From contig CM120647.1 in NCBI GenBank assembly GCA_051362555.1, positions 11,694,651 through 11,758,650 on the forward strand: DNA of 64,000 bases, in the 5' to 3' direction. The notes under the pieces were generated by a model, which worked only from the letters and a program-made list of their open reading frames with translations, was not told the DNA's origin and searched no databases. The position numbers were made by a program, and so were the translations under genes. This stretch comes from Lingula anatina. Taxonomy: Eukaryota; Animalia; Brachiopoda. This document shows positions 25,363 to 40,060 of this stretch, one piece after another (the stretch's first letter is position 1; each line of letters begins with the position of its first letter).

Positions 25363-28300
25363 ATGAATTTTGACGATATTCTCTCTGTCATCGGAGAGTG
25401 GGGCGCGTTTCAGTACACGGTGGTCGTTCTCATGGGACTGGTGGGGATTCCCACGGGACTTCACACCCTCGCCCACCTCTTTTTGGCAGGAAACCCGAAC
25501 CACTGGTGTACCCTGCCGTACGCTGGTCAAAACTGGACACTGGCGCAAAAAATAGCCGCTGGAATTCCTTTAGAGGAGCGAGAAGGACAAATGGTTCCCA
25601 GTCAGTGTGAAAGATACGAGAAGTCTGTCGTTAATACGTCGATCGCTTCGGCTGCCCAGGGAATTTCTGCGTTGGTCGGAGACGCGGGTTGGAACGGCAC
25701 GGAGACGACGTACAACGTGGGTGTGTCGTCACACGTCTTTAACAGAACATTCGTGGCGGAGTGTGGGTCCTGGGAGTATGACAATGCTGACTTCACTTCT
25801 ACGATAGTGACGGAGGTAGGATTACATTAAACGTTTACTTTTCAGCTTTTATGTCTTTTTAAACCAGGGATTTTTTTTTCTTTCGAAGCACGATTTGTTA
25901 CTTTTAAAATACGTTTCTTCTGTCGTAGATTGTTTATCACGAGCTAATTTTTCTGATTTTTTTTTTCAGTTTCTTGTTTTTACTTTATTCGTCTATTTTC
26001 AGCACAGACGCATGTTCATTTCACTTTTAAACATTTCTTTCACTTCTTTATTTCTTGACAATTGCCATTTTAAGGTGAAGATATATTAGCAAAAATAAAC
26101 GCGAACCAATTACCGTCACGGATAATTGACACTGAGAGGTCGCAGACAGGGGAGTCAGGGAAAGTTCACACAGGTGCATTTTCGGAAGGTCAAATTAATT
26201 TTCTGTTGTAGTGCTTGCTTAATTTCCAAACGGATATTTCACACGTATATTCTGAAACATGTCAGAATATGTCAGATTTTTATTTATTTATTCTATTATT
26301 TATTTATTATTATTATTTTCAAACTCACTGATTGTTACGAACTTGGAAATAGGACGTCGTTAATACAGATGTAATGTAAGAAAAGCTTTATCCACATTTA
26401 TATGAATAAACAGGTGGAACTTAGCATATATATATTATAAGTGAATTGAAAATGTTCGAAGAGGTTGAGAAGAATGTATCCCAGTCAACTCGACTTTTAA
26501 TATCTCAAAGTTTGCCTTGTCCTCATACTCCCGTCACTGTGCCAGAATGTATCCCAGTCAACTCGACTTTTAATATCTCAAAGTTTGCCTTGTCCTCATA
26601 CTCCCGTCACTGTGACATTTATTTGTGATCACAGCAAAGGCAAAGGATAAAATCACCTCAATTTCTGAGGTGCCCTCCACCCCCCCCCCCCTGCTTTTTT
26701 ATTCTCATCCACGTGTCTTCACACCCCCACTGCAATCCCATGCGTGGGTGGTCGACTAAAACACGCGACAATAGTCGACCTTACAGCGGGTGTCAAATTA
26801 CACGCGTAAGCTGGTACAGATTTTCCCAAACTGCGCATCAAAATTCGGTGCAATCAGTGAATCGCACACTGAACAGGGTGGTTCGTCCTTAGATGGTCGC
26901 ACACTAAAAGGAAGAGCATAATGACACTAAGGTGAAAGTCCATTGAATTTGGCGAAGATGGCATAATGGAGGCAGCGATATAAAGCCCTGTGTATCCGTG
27001 TGACAAATACGATTCTTCCCCTCCTCTTTTGTTGACCAACTGGGGTGAAATTGGATTTGCAATAAACAAGGGTGGAATTGGATATATCGGGGCACGGCGC
27101 AATACGGAAGCGACGCGTCATAATGCGTAATTGTCAGAATATTTATTGCGCTGTATTAAGAACGATATTCCCACCTTCAAAATGAAATCGAGTGTCTGTC
27201 TATGTATTACAAAGAGTGCGCCTATGTGTGTTCTTTTGCAAAATCACGCGCGTTTTAAATCGCCAATTCCCTGTAACAAGTTCATAAAAATAATACTGAT
27301 ATTAAAAAAACCCTGGAATTTAGACTGCTTCCCAAACTCGTCTCAGCGATGTACACAGTATACAAATTAAAACTTAAAATTCTGAAGCTTAGGTCGACCT
27401 AAAGAAGAGTGGAGGTCGACTAGCTTGTGTTCTCTTCTTCTTTGCATTGCCCTGGTCTATTTTGACACGAAATTGGCATTATTTTCTTATGAGATGAAGC
27501 GCAGTCTTATTTCACACCACATAAAGTATCATTTATTGCTTCTTGTTCCAATTTAAAAAAAAGTTTGCACTTAACCTGTGGTATGCGTCTTATAATTTAC
27601 GCCATACAGGGGCTATTGTTTTGTCAGCAATGGCAACTTTAACGTAATGCAAGCCACACGCTGGAGGGACGCTGGAGGGACGCTAGAGGTTGGGACTTGA
27701 ACTTAGGTCAGGACAGTAGACAGACAGACGTCCAGTTGCATTTTAGACTTCCTACTTAAATTTGGACGGCCATTTTTTCGTACAATTTTGTTCTCGGTGC
27801 TTATGGAGTCTAACCTGCCTGTCTCAGTAAGATAGAAAAAAAATGGAATCTCTTTTTCAAAATCCCTGTCACACCCCTGAAACAGAAAATTATGATTATT
27901 GGGTATAAGGTATAACGAGTATAGCCCAAGTATCGAGTGGAAATATTTCAGCGTTTAATAAAAAGTTAACATCACTTTCAACTCCCTAAGCCCAACCCTC
28001 TGGACAAATTGACACATGTCAATAATCAATTGAAAGGTAGAGATACTATGACCCTCCTTTAGATATCTTGTACTGCGTGTTACTGGCAATCACTTGTACG
28101 TACGGACTACATATATTCTAACATATCCTTTTGTATCATACTGATATGCGTTTGGTTTCACAGTTACAGGATTGTTTATTACATTTATTACCAGCTGTGC
28201 ATGCGCGGTAGCCCACTCGAAATCTGCATCCGTCTAATACTGTTATACTGCATTTTGTATCGATTCACTTTGGTTTCAGGTGTCATTTTTACATGTTTAC

Positions 28301-30522
28301 AACATGTATATCCCACGCGCACACACATCCACGCCCGTCACGCTTTCGTCATCGTTATTTTAATTGGAGGGGTAGAAGATATAGTATGCATTGTTAAAAT
28401 CCATCTCATTTTTTTAATTTTTATTTTCAGTGGAATTTGGTATGTGACAGAGGCTGGATGCGTGCCACAGCTCAGTCTATCTACATGGTCGGGTTTATGG
28501 TTGGAGCGGTGGGATGTGGAGCCCTCTCGGATCGGTAAGTGCAGCGATACGTGACGTCACATACTAAAATTCACTGTGTTCCGTCACAGCACATTTGATG
28601 ACGAAGGGTCTGCTGCTAGGAACCCAAATCCATCGATACCCTAACATTTTTTAAAAGAAATGTGGTTTTTAAAACTTAAAACGTGACTCGCCATACGGGT
28701 ATTTCTGTTTGAACGAACCTTTATTTTAAGTTAATATCAATACCGGGGGATTTAAGATTATATTTCTTCATCGGAATTATTTCAGTACTGTCTCCTTGTT
28801 ATTTATATGCTAAACTAACCTATCGCCTGTGTCCAGTACATGCAGAACGCCATAACGCTATGTGGCATCATGTACAATCGGCATATATTGTCTGTGGGTT
28901 GGTTTTTACCGTTGAATACGCAGAGCGTTTCTTTTTCGTCTCTCTTTGGGTAAACTCTGATATATGAGATAGAAATAGATGTATTAAAGAACAGTGTTTC
29001 CAGGGGTGCAATGAAAGGCACGAACATAATGTACATTCTAGATAAACCAAGGAACGCACGGTCGGCACCTGCCCACTTTTTGTAAGTTTTCAAGAAAAAA
29101 AAAATAAGTGCGTAAGAAATAATCCACGGCTTACCAGTCAGAACTATGCAAGCTTTCCCAAGGATGCATACCAGTTTGTGTAGATGCTGGCAAACCCCAA
29201 ATAATGTGTTAATGTCCGTAAAATAATTTGGCATCTTTGGTACAGTTATGACGTAATTACAGTGTATGCATACCGATGTCTGGTGAAACCTGCCTTTTTA
29301 TATCAGAAAGGTTTACATGTGTTGAACCTCTAGAATCGTCCTCGTATTTACCTATTCTTACACCAGTGTAGTATGCGGGTACGTGACAGGACAATCCCTT
29401 GAAAGGTCGTTACCTTGGTTCATGACCTTGGGCCGTGACCTTGAGGTAGACAGTATTACATAACACAGCTTGTCTTTACTTATGGGTTCTTTAACTGAGC
29501 ACTGGACGGCTGTCCACAAACTGGGTTAGTTTGTTGATATCATCTCCTCTAACCAGCAGACAGTGTAAATAATAATTATTATAATAACATTTATAATAAT
29601 ACTGACAGTAGGCTTTGGCCAAACAATTACTTTTCCATGTGCCAGTAAGCACATTTTAAAGCATGTTTTTTTTTTATTCCGCCAAAACAACAGTGAAACG
29701 ATTAATTCAATAAATAAAAGGATGCATAAATAGATATCAATAAATACATAATCACACAAAGGTTGAAAGAGATGTAACCATAGAGATAATTTTGGTGTTG
29801 TTCATGTTAACTTCTTCATTTTCTTCTGTATAAAACAAATATTTCATCACAAGTACAAAACGCTTACCGAAAAGTATTCTGTGTACATACCCAATATATG
29901 TATGTGCAAACAAATAAGAAAGTGTAAATACCCCGCTATTTCCTTAGTAAGGAGAGAGATAGCTCCCCTGTCGCGTACATTTTACACTGAGGGTTAACGT
30001 CAACTTATATCAAAATAGGCTACATGTACTAGTGGAGAGCATACAATTTCTCTACAACCACAAAAAGGAAGTCGTTGTATAATACCCGATCCATTAGAGT
30101 ACATTTAAGCAGGGGACCTTTTCAAATAAGCTTTTCTGTTTTGTCAGATATGAATCTATCTATTTGCCGTCTTTGACCCTCACGCACGGCAAATACCCCG
30201 CCATTTATGTCGTCATTAACGCACGTGCGCACAGAAGTGCGCTGTGTCCACAACGAGCCTCTTGACCCATATCACACATGCGGGAAGCCCTTGTAACCGT
30301 CTTAGTCCTCTTCTTGACATTCAGGTGATGTGTTGACAATCTCAGAACTGATATTTTTCATGACAAACATGGGGGCAGTTTTTGATCACCGGATGGAAAC
30401 TTTCGGTACGAAAACACCCTGAAAATAGTTGGTTACAAAATTGAGAAAAATTTAATCGTTTGTTTAAACTAGATCTCCCCTGTAGTAATGGAATTCACAA
30501 CGCTGTTTTTGTTTCGCTTAAA

Positions 30523-30559
<37 letters not shown>

Positions 30560-33500
30560 GGCATTTGTTGTTTCTTCTTCTTCATATTATTATTTTATTA
30601 TTCTATTATTTTATTTATTTATTATTTTTTTTAATAGAGAAATTCAACCAGATGACAGATGGTCAGATGTACTGAGCGATGATTCTTTTACTGACATAGT
30701 CAAACTCAAAAAAAAAAAAGGAAAAAAAGTGACCACGCAACCCTGTTTTGACAAGTTCGTCTACATTGACCTTGAGTTACATATACCATGTGGAGTACGT
30801 CCACAATTTAGGACAGCAAAATAAAATGAGATTAGTAAATAGTTGGGATTAGGAAAGGAAAAGATTACCAGCATGCCGTGTGCTAAAATCAGGTTCAGGT
30901 GTCCGCTGGGAAAATTCCTCTGGCCCTGCAGCTGAGTCACGCCTTAAGCATAAGATGGCGGCTCACGTGCAAAAAGGTGGGTCCCAATTACAATATTGGT
31001 GAGGGCTGACTGTGTCATTAAACATAATATGCGTCTTTATATTATGTTGAGGTGTGTTGGGATAAACATGGGTATAATCAGATGTTTTTTATCAGTTGTT
31101 GTCGGTGTGGGGGTAGTAAATATGGGAGGGCAGAGGTTGGTCATTTATAGTGCCCAGCCCAGAAAACAGAGAACACACACGATTATAACATTACCACAAT
31201 ATTGTGGTAACTTTCCAGCAATGTTTTACATTTTAAATGAGGTCCTGGATCCAATGGCTTCGCGAATAAATCCCTTCAGTGAGAAACACACATATCAACA
31301 TAGATGTTAAGTCTCCTTGATATACGTTCCATTTGTGTGGACAGAGACCCGTGTCTTATCAAATCGCAAACAGCACATGTGCCCGCAGTAGTATAGATAC
31401 TTTGAAGAGTTAAAATAGAATTTTCACTTGAGTTTTATGTTGGTCACCAAGGACTGGCATGCTCTGAAAATATTGCGGTAAAATTATGAGCAATTTTATT
31501 GAAATCCTTATCATTGCATTTTATCATGATTTATACATATATGCCACCTTCTGTTGCCATCACAGTATACAGACTATATCCACTATTTGCTGTATTATTT
31601 TAGGAACGGTAAAATGCGCTGTTGTTCCAAATACTCATACTGCTAACACAATCTGTGATAAATTTTTGTGAAATATGGAAAATCGGTTCTCTCTCCGACA
31701 ATAAACTAGTAGCTATGTTTCATTGATTTATAAATCGATATTGCCTCTCTCTGAGTTCTGTTGTTTTTCAGAATATTCAGAACGAATAATTTAATTCAAT
31801 TTTTTTGTGAGAATAGTGGAATATTAATTTTTAAATGATTTCTCACCTAACGCATTGTTTTATTTCCAGCTTCGGCCGTGTGAAGATGCTACTGGTGTGC
31901 ATAGCATTTGAAGTAGTTACCGGTGTCGTGACTGCATTCGCCCCGGAATACTGGAGCTTCGTCTTTCTGCGCATGCTCGTTGGTATGTGCGCTGGCGGGT
32001 CTTTCACTATAGCGTTTGTCGTAGGTGAGTTTTTGCGGGGGAATATTTAAAAACAAGATAAAGATCTTATCTTTTAAATATATATTTTATGGCTGTAAAG
32101 TTTGAAGTTGGCTTGTGTCATTTCAGCATAAGTCAGTTGTCATGGAAACGCGTACATGGGCACTCTTTTCTTTATTAACTATGATGACGATGGTTTAAGA
32201 AGTACTGTGCTATTTAAAAGTTAATTTTATTTTGTCGTTCTATAAACTTTGGACAATTGACTCTTTATTTAACTTTATACTGCTTTAGTTCAATGAGACA
32301 AAGATATAATGTTGCTACTACAACTATTTCAAAATTATTTGACGATCATTTATGTTGCACTATTATCTCAAAATTTTTTAAAAAAGGCATTTGTAACATT
32401 ACCGTATGTACCGTAATTTTCCAAATCTTCATTCACAGTGATGGAATCTATAGGCGTGAACCACCGTATGATTCCCGGTATATTCATGCAGGCCTGGTTC
32501 GCACTTGGTTTTATGATCCTGCCGGGGATAGCCTACTTTATCAGGGACTACTTCACGCTGCAGCTGGTTATTTCAGCCCCAGTTGGTCTGATATTGTGTT
32601 ATTACTGGTAAGGTACTGGTAGATCAAAACTGTGACTTAACGCTTTTTCTCAGTTGTTCTTGATCTGTGCACGTGGCAACGCGTGTGTCTTATATGATGT
32701 CACTGCTTTACGCATACCAATATGCTAAAACCCATTATAATGTAAACTGTTACATTTTCTTCATTTTAACTGATTGGTGCATATCTTAACTTTTTTTCAT
32801 GCTTTTTGATGAGGCACCGATATACATTAATCACCCACCGGAAAGTAATCGGAACATTTCGAACAACTTCAAAATCACTTGTATATTTTTCATGGTTTCA
32901 CTTTCATTTTTAGGATAGCAGACGAGTCACCCAGGTGGTTACTGTCACAGGGAAAGCTAAAAGAAGCGGATGCCATCATCAACAAAGCTGCCAAAATGAA
33001 CGGAAACACGTTGACAGAATCACTCGTTTTCTCAAAGCGTTTTGAGGTGTGTAAGCATTGGGGCTTTTTACTTCTAAATATATGTGCTCATATCTAGATA
33101 GTCTATTAAGAAAAGGTATTGTATATTTTGCCTAAGACCTTGCCATGTGTACCTCAGACCTTTTAATAAGGCGGCGTACTTATCTGTGCCTCACGTTTTA
33201 CACCCCATTTCCATAGATTTTTAGATCGATCTATCCCTGTGGGGAGTCTCACTAGATTACTGTCAGCTTGGCCGGCTTAAGCGTCTGTCCCGCCTACTGA
33301 AAGCTGTACGGGGGTAATTAACTATTGTGCCCGCTCGGCTGACTGCAATTTAGCGTGAACCCCCAGGGAGTTAGGTCGATATAAATCTTAATCTTTAGAT
33401 CGATCTAAATCTCTGGGAAAGCACCCTTAGAGTCTGTCAACGTGATACCTTGGTTCTAACATAAAAAAGTAACAAAGAACCCCCCTCGCCCTAAACACGG

Positions 33501-35032
33501 TCAGTTACTTACAAGTATAGTATTATAAAGGGATTTTGGCGTTAACTAACACTACCTGCAGATCTTTTAGCACTAACACCCATTTTAACCACACAACCCA
33601 CAAATAAACTAGCATTGCTAAAGCGGATGAATGTTAGTGCTAGGTATCGCTTTGTTGGTACTAAATAATTGTACGGTGTGTTGGTTAATTTTGTACTTGT
33701 AGGTTGAATATGGCAACAAGTCTGCGCTGACGGAGGACAGAAGATACACGTTCATCGATTTGGTGCGCTATCCTAACATGAGGAAGAAGTCTTTTAACAT
33801 ATTTTTCAACTGGTACGTGTGATTATGTCATACTCTTTCGTTTGTAATGTACACGCAAATTTAATTTAGCCTTACTGCTTTCTCTCATCAAGTAATATCC
33901 AAAAACTGGATCCTTACCAAATGTACATGTACGTGTTACCTCTATACGAGTCTGCACCTTTTTCATACGACGATGACATGGAATTTTAGTGACGTTTTCG
34001 TTAAGATTGTTGATTTATTTACAAAAAAGAAATGACCAATTTAACATCAACATCGTTAGTATAATTGCAAGTTTAAAGCTGTTTTTAAACTTCCTTAAAG
34101 ATGCATACAAAGTCAATTTTTGTCACAGAAACCAACCAAATGCCAGCATATAGTTTCAAATAGTATAACTAAGAGAATTACCAAAAGGCATTGTATAATT
34201 TTACCCAAAAATGATGTTTGAACGGATTTTTCTGCTGGCATTCTAAGCTGTATGTCAATGGGGCAGGAAAGTAGGTCACGAAAGTAGGTTAAATTTACAA
34301 CCATAAATTTAAAGAAAGGAGCCGTCTAAAGGTCTTTAATGGCTCATCGAGTGATCTATTCAGTTTTTCCCTTGGCATGTCGAATTTATTTGAGTCATAA
34401 AAGAATGTAGTAGAAGTGGTTTACATGTGTTACTGGGAATCCAGGCTCCACCGATGCTCGGTTCGTGTGTACCTTTAATTCAAAAATTCTGTGGACATTA
34501 GTTGTTAAAACCAAGAAGAATTAAATGATGAACAGTAGACTGTACATATTTACCGGTAGAAGGTAATATTGGGTAATGAGGTGTTAAAAAAAGTGAGAAC
34601 AAAAGCTTGGATCTTCATTAACATTTTTATTAGGATTAAGTGTGTCACAACATCTATAAAAAAAGAGCGCGATCACTTGCCTCACCTGACACATCCTCTA
34701 AATAAACGGGGAATCTGTCCATCAGCACTAGTGTTATTGCTTCTATAGTGCTCTTTGCCTATACTGTCATTTCTCCCCCAGGTTCGTGAACTCCCTTGTC
34801 TACTACGGTCTCTCGCTAGGATCCGGGTCTCTGGCCGGGAACATGTACCTGAACGTGTTCCTGTCGGCGGCAGTGGAGATCCCGGGCTACATCCTGGCGG
34901 CTGTTGTATTGGACCGTATAGGACGGCGCTGGCCTCTGACTGGCTCTCTGGTTATAGGGGGCGTGGCCTGTCTTATCACGACGGCAATACCACGTGGTAC
35001 GTAGTCGATATACACCGACGAGTGTTTCTGGC

Positions 35033-35081
<49 letters not shown>

Positions 35082-36538
35082 AACATGGGCGTTGAAGTCG
35101 CTGCGTGTGGGTTTGTGTTTCATTTTTGGCCCGTGTGCTTTTAAATCAACGCGCATGTTTGAGAGAGAGAGAAAGAAGTGCATGCGTATTCTGTATGCAA
35201 GAATTCTCTAGGGCTTGTGGGTGCGCACATGCCTATAGTCACCCTTTGATTTTCATCTTCCAAATCAGCCCTCCATAAAAATATCTCTCTGTTCATTAAT
35301 TTATTTATTTTGTTTACTTATTAATTAACTGTTTTATTTATTTGCTTGCTTTCATATTACTTCTTGTCGTTTCAGATCTCAAAGTCCTCATGATAATCTG
35401 TACACTCATAGGAAAACTCGCCATTGCTACGTCCTTCGCCATTATCTATGTCTTCTCTGCGGAACAGTTCCCCACCGTCATCAGAAACGTCGGCGTGGGG
35501 GCCGGCTCCATGTGCGCACGCGTGGGGAGCCTGATAGCACCGTTTGTGGCAGACTTGGTGAGCGTCTCCACTGAAAGAGTTTAGACCTTATTATGATATA
35601 GTAATACAAAATATTTATTTATTTATTTTATTTTTGCAAAATCCATTTGAGCCCATCATCTTGCGGTCTACCCAGTATTCACAACGCTGTCGTAATTAAC
35701 ATGGAGGCTCCATCTGGTTTTTTAAAAGATTCTATGGATAATTGGTTTGGATAGCCGAAGGACTCTATCGGTTGTTTAATACACGCGCCAAACAGTCATT
35801 TGCACTTCTTCAATCGTGGCATTTTCCTTAATTTTTCCTCTTAAGCAAATGAAAAAATACATTATTATGTTATCAACACGTGTGGATCAATGGTACTGGT
35901 ATATGATCAACTTTACCCCTCTTATCTTTCAGAATAAAATATGGGGCCCGCTACCTTATCTAATATTTGGGATCACTTCCGTTATCGCTGGTATTCTGGC
36001 TCTCCTATTACCAGAGACGCTGCACCATCGCTTGCCGGATACCATAATAGAGGGGGAGAACTTCGGCAAGTACAGGGAACTCAGTTTCAAGAACCTGCTG
36101 GCTTTCAAACAGTGAGTTTGAAATATTTGTTCATTTATTTATTTATCTATCTATTTATTTATTGTTTGATTGATTGGTTGGTTCATTGATAAGTATTAGA
36201 TTGGGGAGTGCTTTATTAAAAAAAATGTTGCATTGTCAATAGAGTGATATCAGTCTTTGAAAGTCAAAGCTTTTTTTCTCCTGAAAACAGTCTCAGAAAC
36301 TTAGCTATACATTTTCATACAACTTTTAGGCGAGTAACGGCTTTAAATTTGCATTGTAAAGCGTATGCCAGTGTTTAAGTTTCAACTTCGTTTTCCCCAT
36401 AGGGTCCATTCCTCCAGTGACGAAAGTGAAACTGCCGCTAGCGACAGCAGCGAGTGCATCCCCAAGCTGAAGGAAGAAGAGGTGAAATTTTCTTTGGAAG
36501 GCAACGAAAGGGACACCGAAGAATTTTCACCAGTGTAG
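25363..36538 (+). CDS. SLC22-family organic cation transporter (Orct-like), ~611 aa with exon 1b or ~646 aa with exon 1a
   Basis: Exons 25363-25815, 28431-28534, 31870-32024, 32439-32607, 32914-33046, 33703-33812, 34782-34996, 35376-35557, 35933-36111 and 36403-36538, all GT-AG and in phase. Motifs WNLVCD, SDRFGR, ESPRWL, LVYYGLSL, DRIGRR, AEQFPTVIR and LLPET. Confidence 0.93.
26471..26614. repeat. Perfect two-copy tandem duplication (73-bp period) in an SLC22 intron
   Basis: agaatgtatcccagtcaactcgac...cccgtcactgtg starts at 26471 and again at 26544. Confidence 0.9.
33202..33427. mobile_element. ~225-bp MITE-like repeat (same family as 38921-39135)
   Basis: Imperfect TIRs ttcc(c)a(t/g)agatt..tagatcga. 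The internal sequence is the reverse complement of 38940-39115. Confidence 0.7.
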
Positions 36539-36858
36539 GAAAATACTAGTAAATTAACACAGGTCGGTTGAAAATGCTGGATGGGCATACTGCTGAGCAG
36601 AAATACCAGTGGAACTGAAAACAGGTTTTATGAATGAGGAAAAAAAATATGCTAGCTAGCAAGCTGTAGCATTTGTTTTACATACGCGGTGCGTGTATGT
36701 ACCCTTGCCTATTTGGGACTGGTATTATAAACCGGTGTGGCAGGAAAGTTAGTCCTTGGAATGGAAGCCCGGGATCACATATGATAAGTACAGTTTAGGG
36801 TTAGTCGGTGTATTGTGGTTAGCATATGGGACGAATGTCATCTGTACAAAGTAATGGT

Positions 36859-36991
36859 ACCCTGAGCTTCAGATATAACTTGAAACAAAACTCTTCACTA
36901 TAGCATGCCCTTACTGTTTCAAGTTGAAACGACAAGGGAATGCTATAGTGTGGTTTATTATTTGTTTCAAGTTCTCTCTGAAGCTCAGGGT
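36859..36991. mobile_element. 133-bp palindromic MITE/hairpin downstream of the SLC22 stop codon
   Basis: Nested inverted arms accctgagcttcaga/tctgaagctcagggt, aacttgaaacaaa/tttgtttcaagtt, cactatagcat/atgctatagtg and gtttcaa/ttgaaac. Confidence 0.8.
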
Positions 36992-37249
36992 GGGTAATGA
37001 AGGGCAGACTACGGTTCCTATCTGACTACCATTCCTTTATTATTAGTTAATATTATAGCTACGAGTATGTCATGATCAGTTAGTCACTGAAGGGCTAATG
37101 AAAGATGAACACATTCATGTAAATGTAGGCCTACCTTGGGCTGTACCTGGTGTGTGTTTAACGTGTGAGTGGAACATCGCCATGTTGCACAAGATCAGTT
37201 GAATCCATTCCACTAACACATCCGGAAATATCAGTTTGGGGTTTTTGGT

Positions 37250-37252
<3 letters not shown>

Positions 37253-37308
<56 letters not shown>
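37253..37308. repeat. Compound (GT)n(GA)n microsatellite; others at ~14356-14405, ~14636-14692 and ~35034-35078
   Basis: Directly visible dinucleotide runs. Confidence 0.9.
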
Positions 37309-38920
37309 CGATTTCATTTGGATAAATTCATGTTTTTGTAGGTTTGACTCAGCATGTTTTATTTTATTTTAATCCACAGCTGAAAATGCCTAAACAAATA
37401 ATATAACCTTAGTAATAAGCATTTAGAAACTTATGTCATATTTTATTTCATATCAGAAAGTAGCTATCGCTAATTTGTACTTTTTTGGATATACGTATTT
37501 GTAACTGTTACCAGTCAATTTAAGTCGCTTTAGCTCAGTTATATGTATATTAACGGTAGGCAATTACTACATGTAGCATCGCAGTAGAGGTGAACACATC
37601 CAAGTTCAGTATGTCTTTAATTATTATTATTTTTTTACATTTACATTTAATACTAGTATATTATCAAAAAGGCAATACAACTGAATGTACACAAGTAATT
37701 GAACGATATTTATGTCCACCAGTTACCTAAATGGGTTAATTTTTGTAAGGCAGCCCCGTCAAGTCAGATATATTGCCTGTTGCAGAAACTTATTTTATTC
37801 TGTTATTTCTGCCTGTATTTTATGTTGGTCTACTAATATTTAATTGTATATGACTTAAAACATGGTATAATCCAGTATAAATATTATTATATTTATGTAT
37901 GTAAACAATATGCCTAAACGCGTGACAAAAATAAAATAAATAAAAAATAAATAAATGAAACAAATAAATAGATAAAGACAACTTCACCCGTGTTATTAAT
38001 TCTTCAGGGTGGAATTCAGAGCACTCACGTGCGCCCTAGTAATTATGAATAATGAATAAATGATTTTAAAAACGTATTTAAGAGGCTTATTTCTTTTTAT
38101 CACTATCCCAAGAAATAAGATTAAAGAGAGACGTGAAATATTTCCTGTAAGACGAGAATGAATCAGAATACCATGAGCTAGAAGAAATAAAAAGCAATAC
38201 GTTAACGCCTGGTATTTCAAGTGGGTTGCATGCTTTCGCACTCGTCACTGACGCGTTTGGGAGAAAAAAAGGAAATTTCACGATTTGAGTACGCTTTACC
38301 TCCTTACTGATTATTCTGAAATCGATATTATGATCTACTGCGCTTTTTTTCAAGTTCATGATGGTTTTTAAAAAACCCAAGTCAATGATTTCTTAAATTT
38401 CTAATTTCAAAGTCATTAATACATAATAGTTGCCTTAGAGTTAGCGAGTATCAGAGAAAATAAATTAAAGGTAGATTCTTTATTTATCGATATAATTTGT
38501 TATGGTTGGCACAAATATTTTTTGCACTGAAAAAAAATTACGTGATACTTTATGCTGACCAAGATCTCCTCCATTAACATTTTCAGAAATAATTAGGGTG
38601 TTTATGTAATTACTTCGGTTTCATTTCGAATCGTAGAAAACTCAGTACTGCAGAGAGCATATCGTGGACTGGGTCCACATGCCTAGATCGATCCAACAGG
38701 ATTAGTCTAACTAAATGGGGATTCACGTTAAATTGCTAACTAAAGCAGCTGTCACACCTACCGAATCAGCTAGGGGGAATTAACTTTCGTGCACGCTCGG
38801 CCTCCGGTAATTAATTAGCTTTAGTAGGCGTGACAGACATTTAAGAAGCTTTAGTTGAGAATCCCCTTGAAGACATATTGACCCACAGTTAGTACGATAG
38901 TCTTTTGGCATGGTCTCTTA

Positions 38921-39135
38921 GACCCCATTTCCAGAGATTAGATCAATCTACTTTAGATCGACCTAACTCCCTGGGGGTTCACGCTAAATAGCTGTCAGCA
39001 GAGCTGACACGAATGTTAATTACCCCCTTACATATTGTAGTAGGCAGGACGGACATTTAAGCCGGATTATCTGACAGTAATCTAGTGAGACTCCCCGCGG
39101 GGACAGCTCGATCTAAAAGCTCTGGGAATACAGCC
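38921..39135. mobile_element. ~215-bp MITE-like repeat, inverted relative to 33202-33427
   Basis: Shared cores acctaactccctgggggttcacgctaaa and tctagtgagactcccc. A more diverged relative lies at ~38670-38870. Confidence 0.7.
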
Positions 39136-40060
39136 TTGGAGTCGATGCAAGTGCAAGTACACAGTACCGGCGTGACAGGAATAACACGGTTAACAGGTGC
39201 TAAGACGTGCTGTTATACCGGAAAAGCTACAGAATCAAAACAAGTTGGATCGTATTCATTGATAGGCCCTGCTCTGTACGTTCTTAGTAAGATGACTTCG
39301 AATGCTTTTATTTTCATTTGGTTTTGCATTGAGATAACGTTTGGTTTCACCTTTGACGTTGTAGAGCACGATGACGATCACAGCTGTTCACACCCCGGCG
39401 GTTTTAGCATTGAGTAGTCTTTGCTCTTTCAAATGTCGACTGCGGACTTGCCCCGGGTACTGAATGAACATATGAACAGTCTTGAGAAGCAAGAGCCCAA
39501 GATAGGAAAGGAGGGGCATAAAAAGACAAAACGTGTACCTGATAAAAGGAGTAGAGGTGGCGCGACTTTTGTAAAAAAAATCAAAAGTTTTCTCTCTGCT
39601 AATCCCACCAAAAAGATGGCACATTTTGATGAAATGCAATCCATACGGAGTTAGTTATAGCTCAATTTAAATTCAAGATCTGTGGCACCAATAGAAGGAG
39701 TTTTAACTGAAGAGAAAGGAAATATAATTGTCGACGCAGATGTAAACTTTCTAAAGTGTACCGTATTATTATGCAAAAGGTAATTTGCAAAGTCCCACGA
39801 GCGCCCTCATTCGTTCTCAACTCGTGACATCCCGATTCAGGGGCCAGGTCGTTGTCGTGATTGACTGACATGCCTCATCCGGGACGCGAACCCGTGACTT
39901 TGCGTTACCAAGGTTGATGACGCTTTGGATGTCTCATTTGCATCCATCCACGCTACCGACTGCGCCGTGACTGACCCGCCCACCCTCCATACGTGCGAGT
40001 TTCCTCTTATAGTAATCAATCGCAATTTTTAAAAAATTAATTCTGGCAAGAAAAGAATGA

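Noticed and set aside
39700-39740. Possible hammerhead ribozyme core (CTGAAGA...GAAA) in the repeat unit
   Set aside because: Stems I and II cannot be formed around the core.
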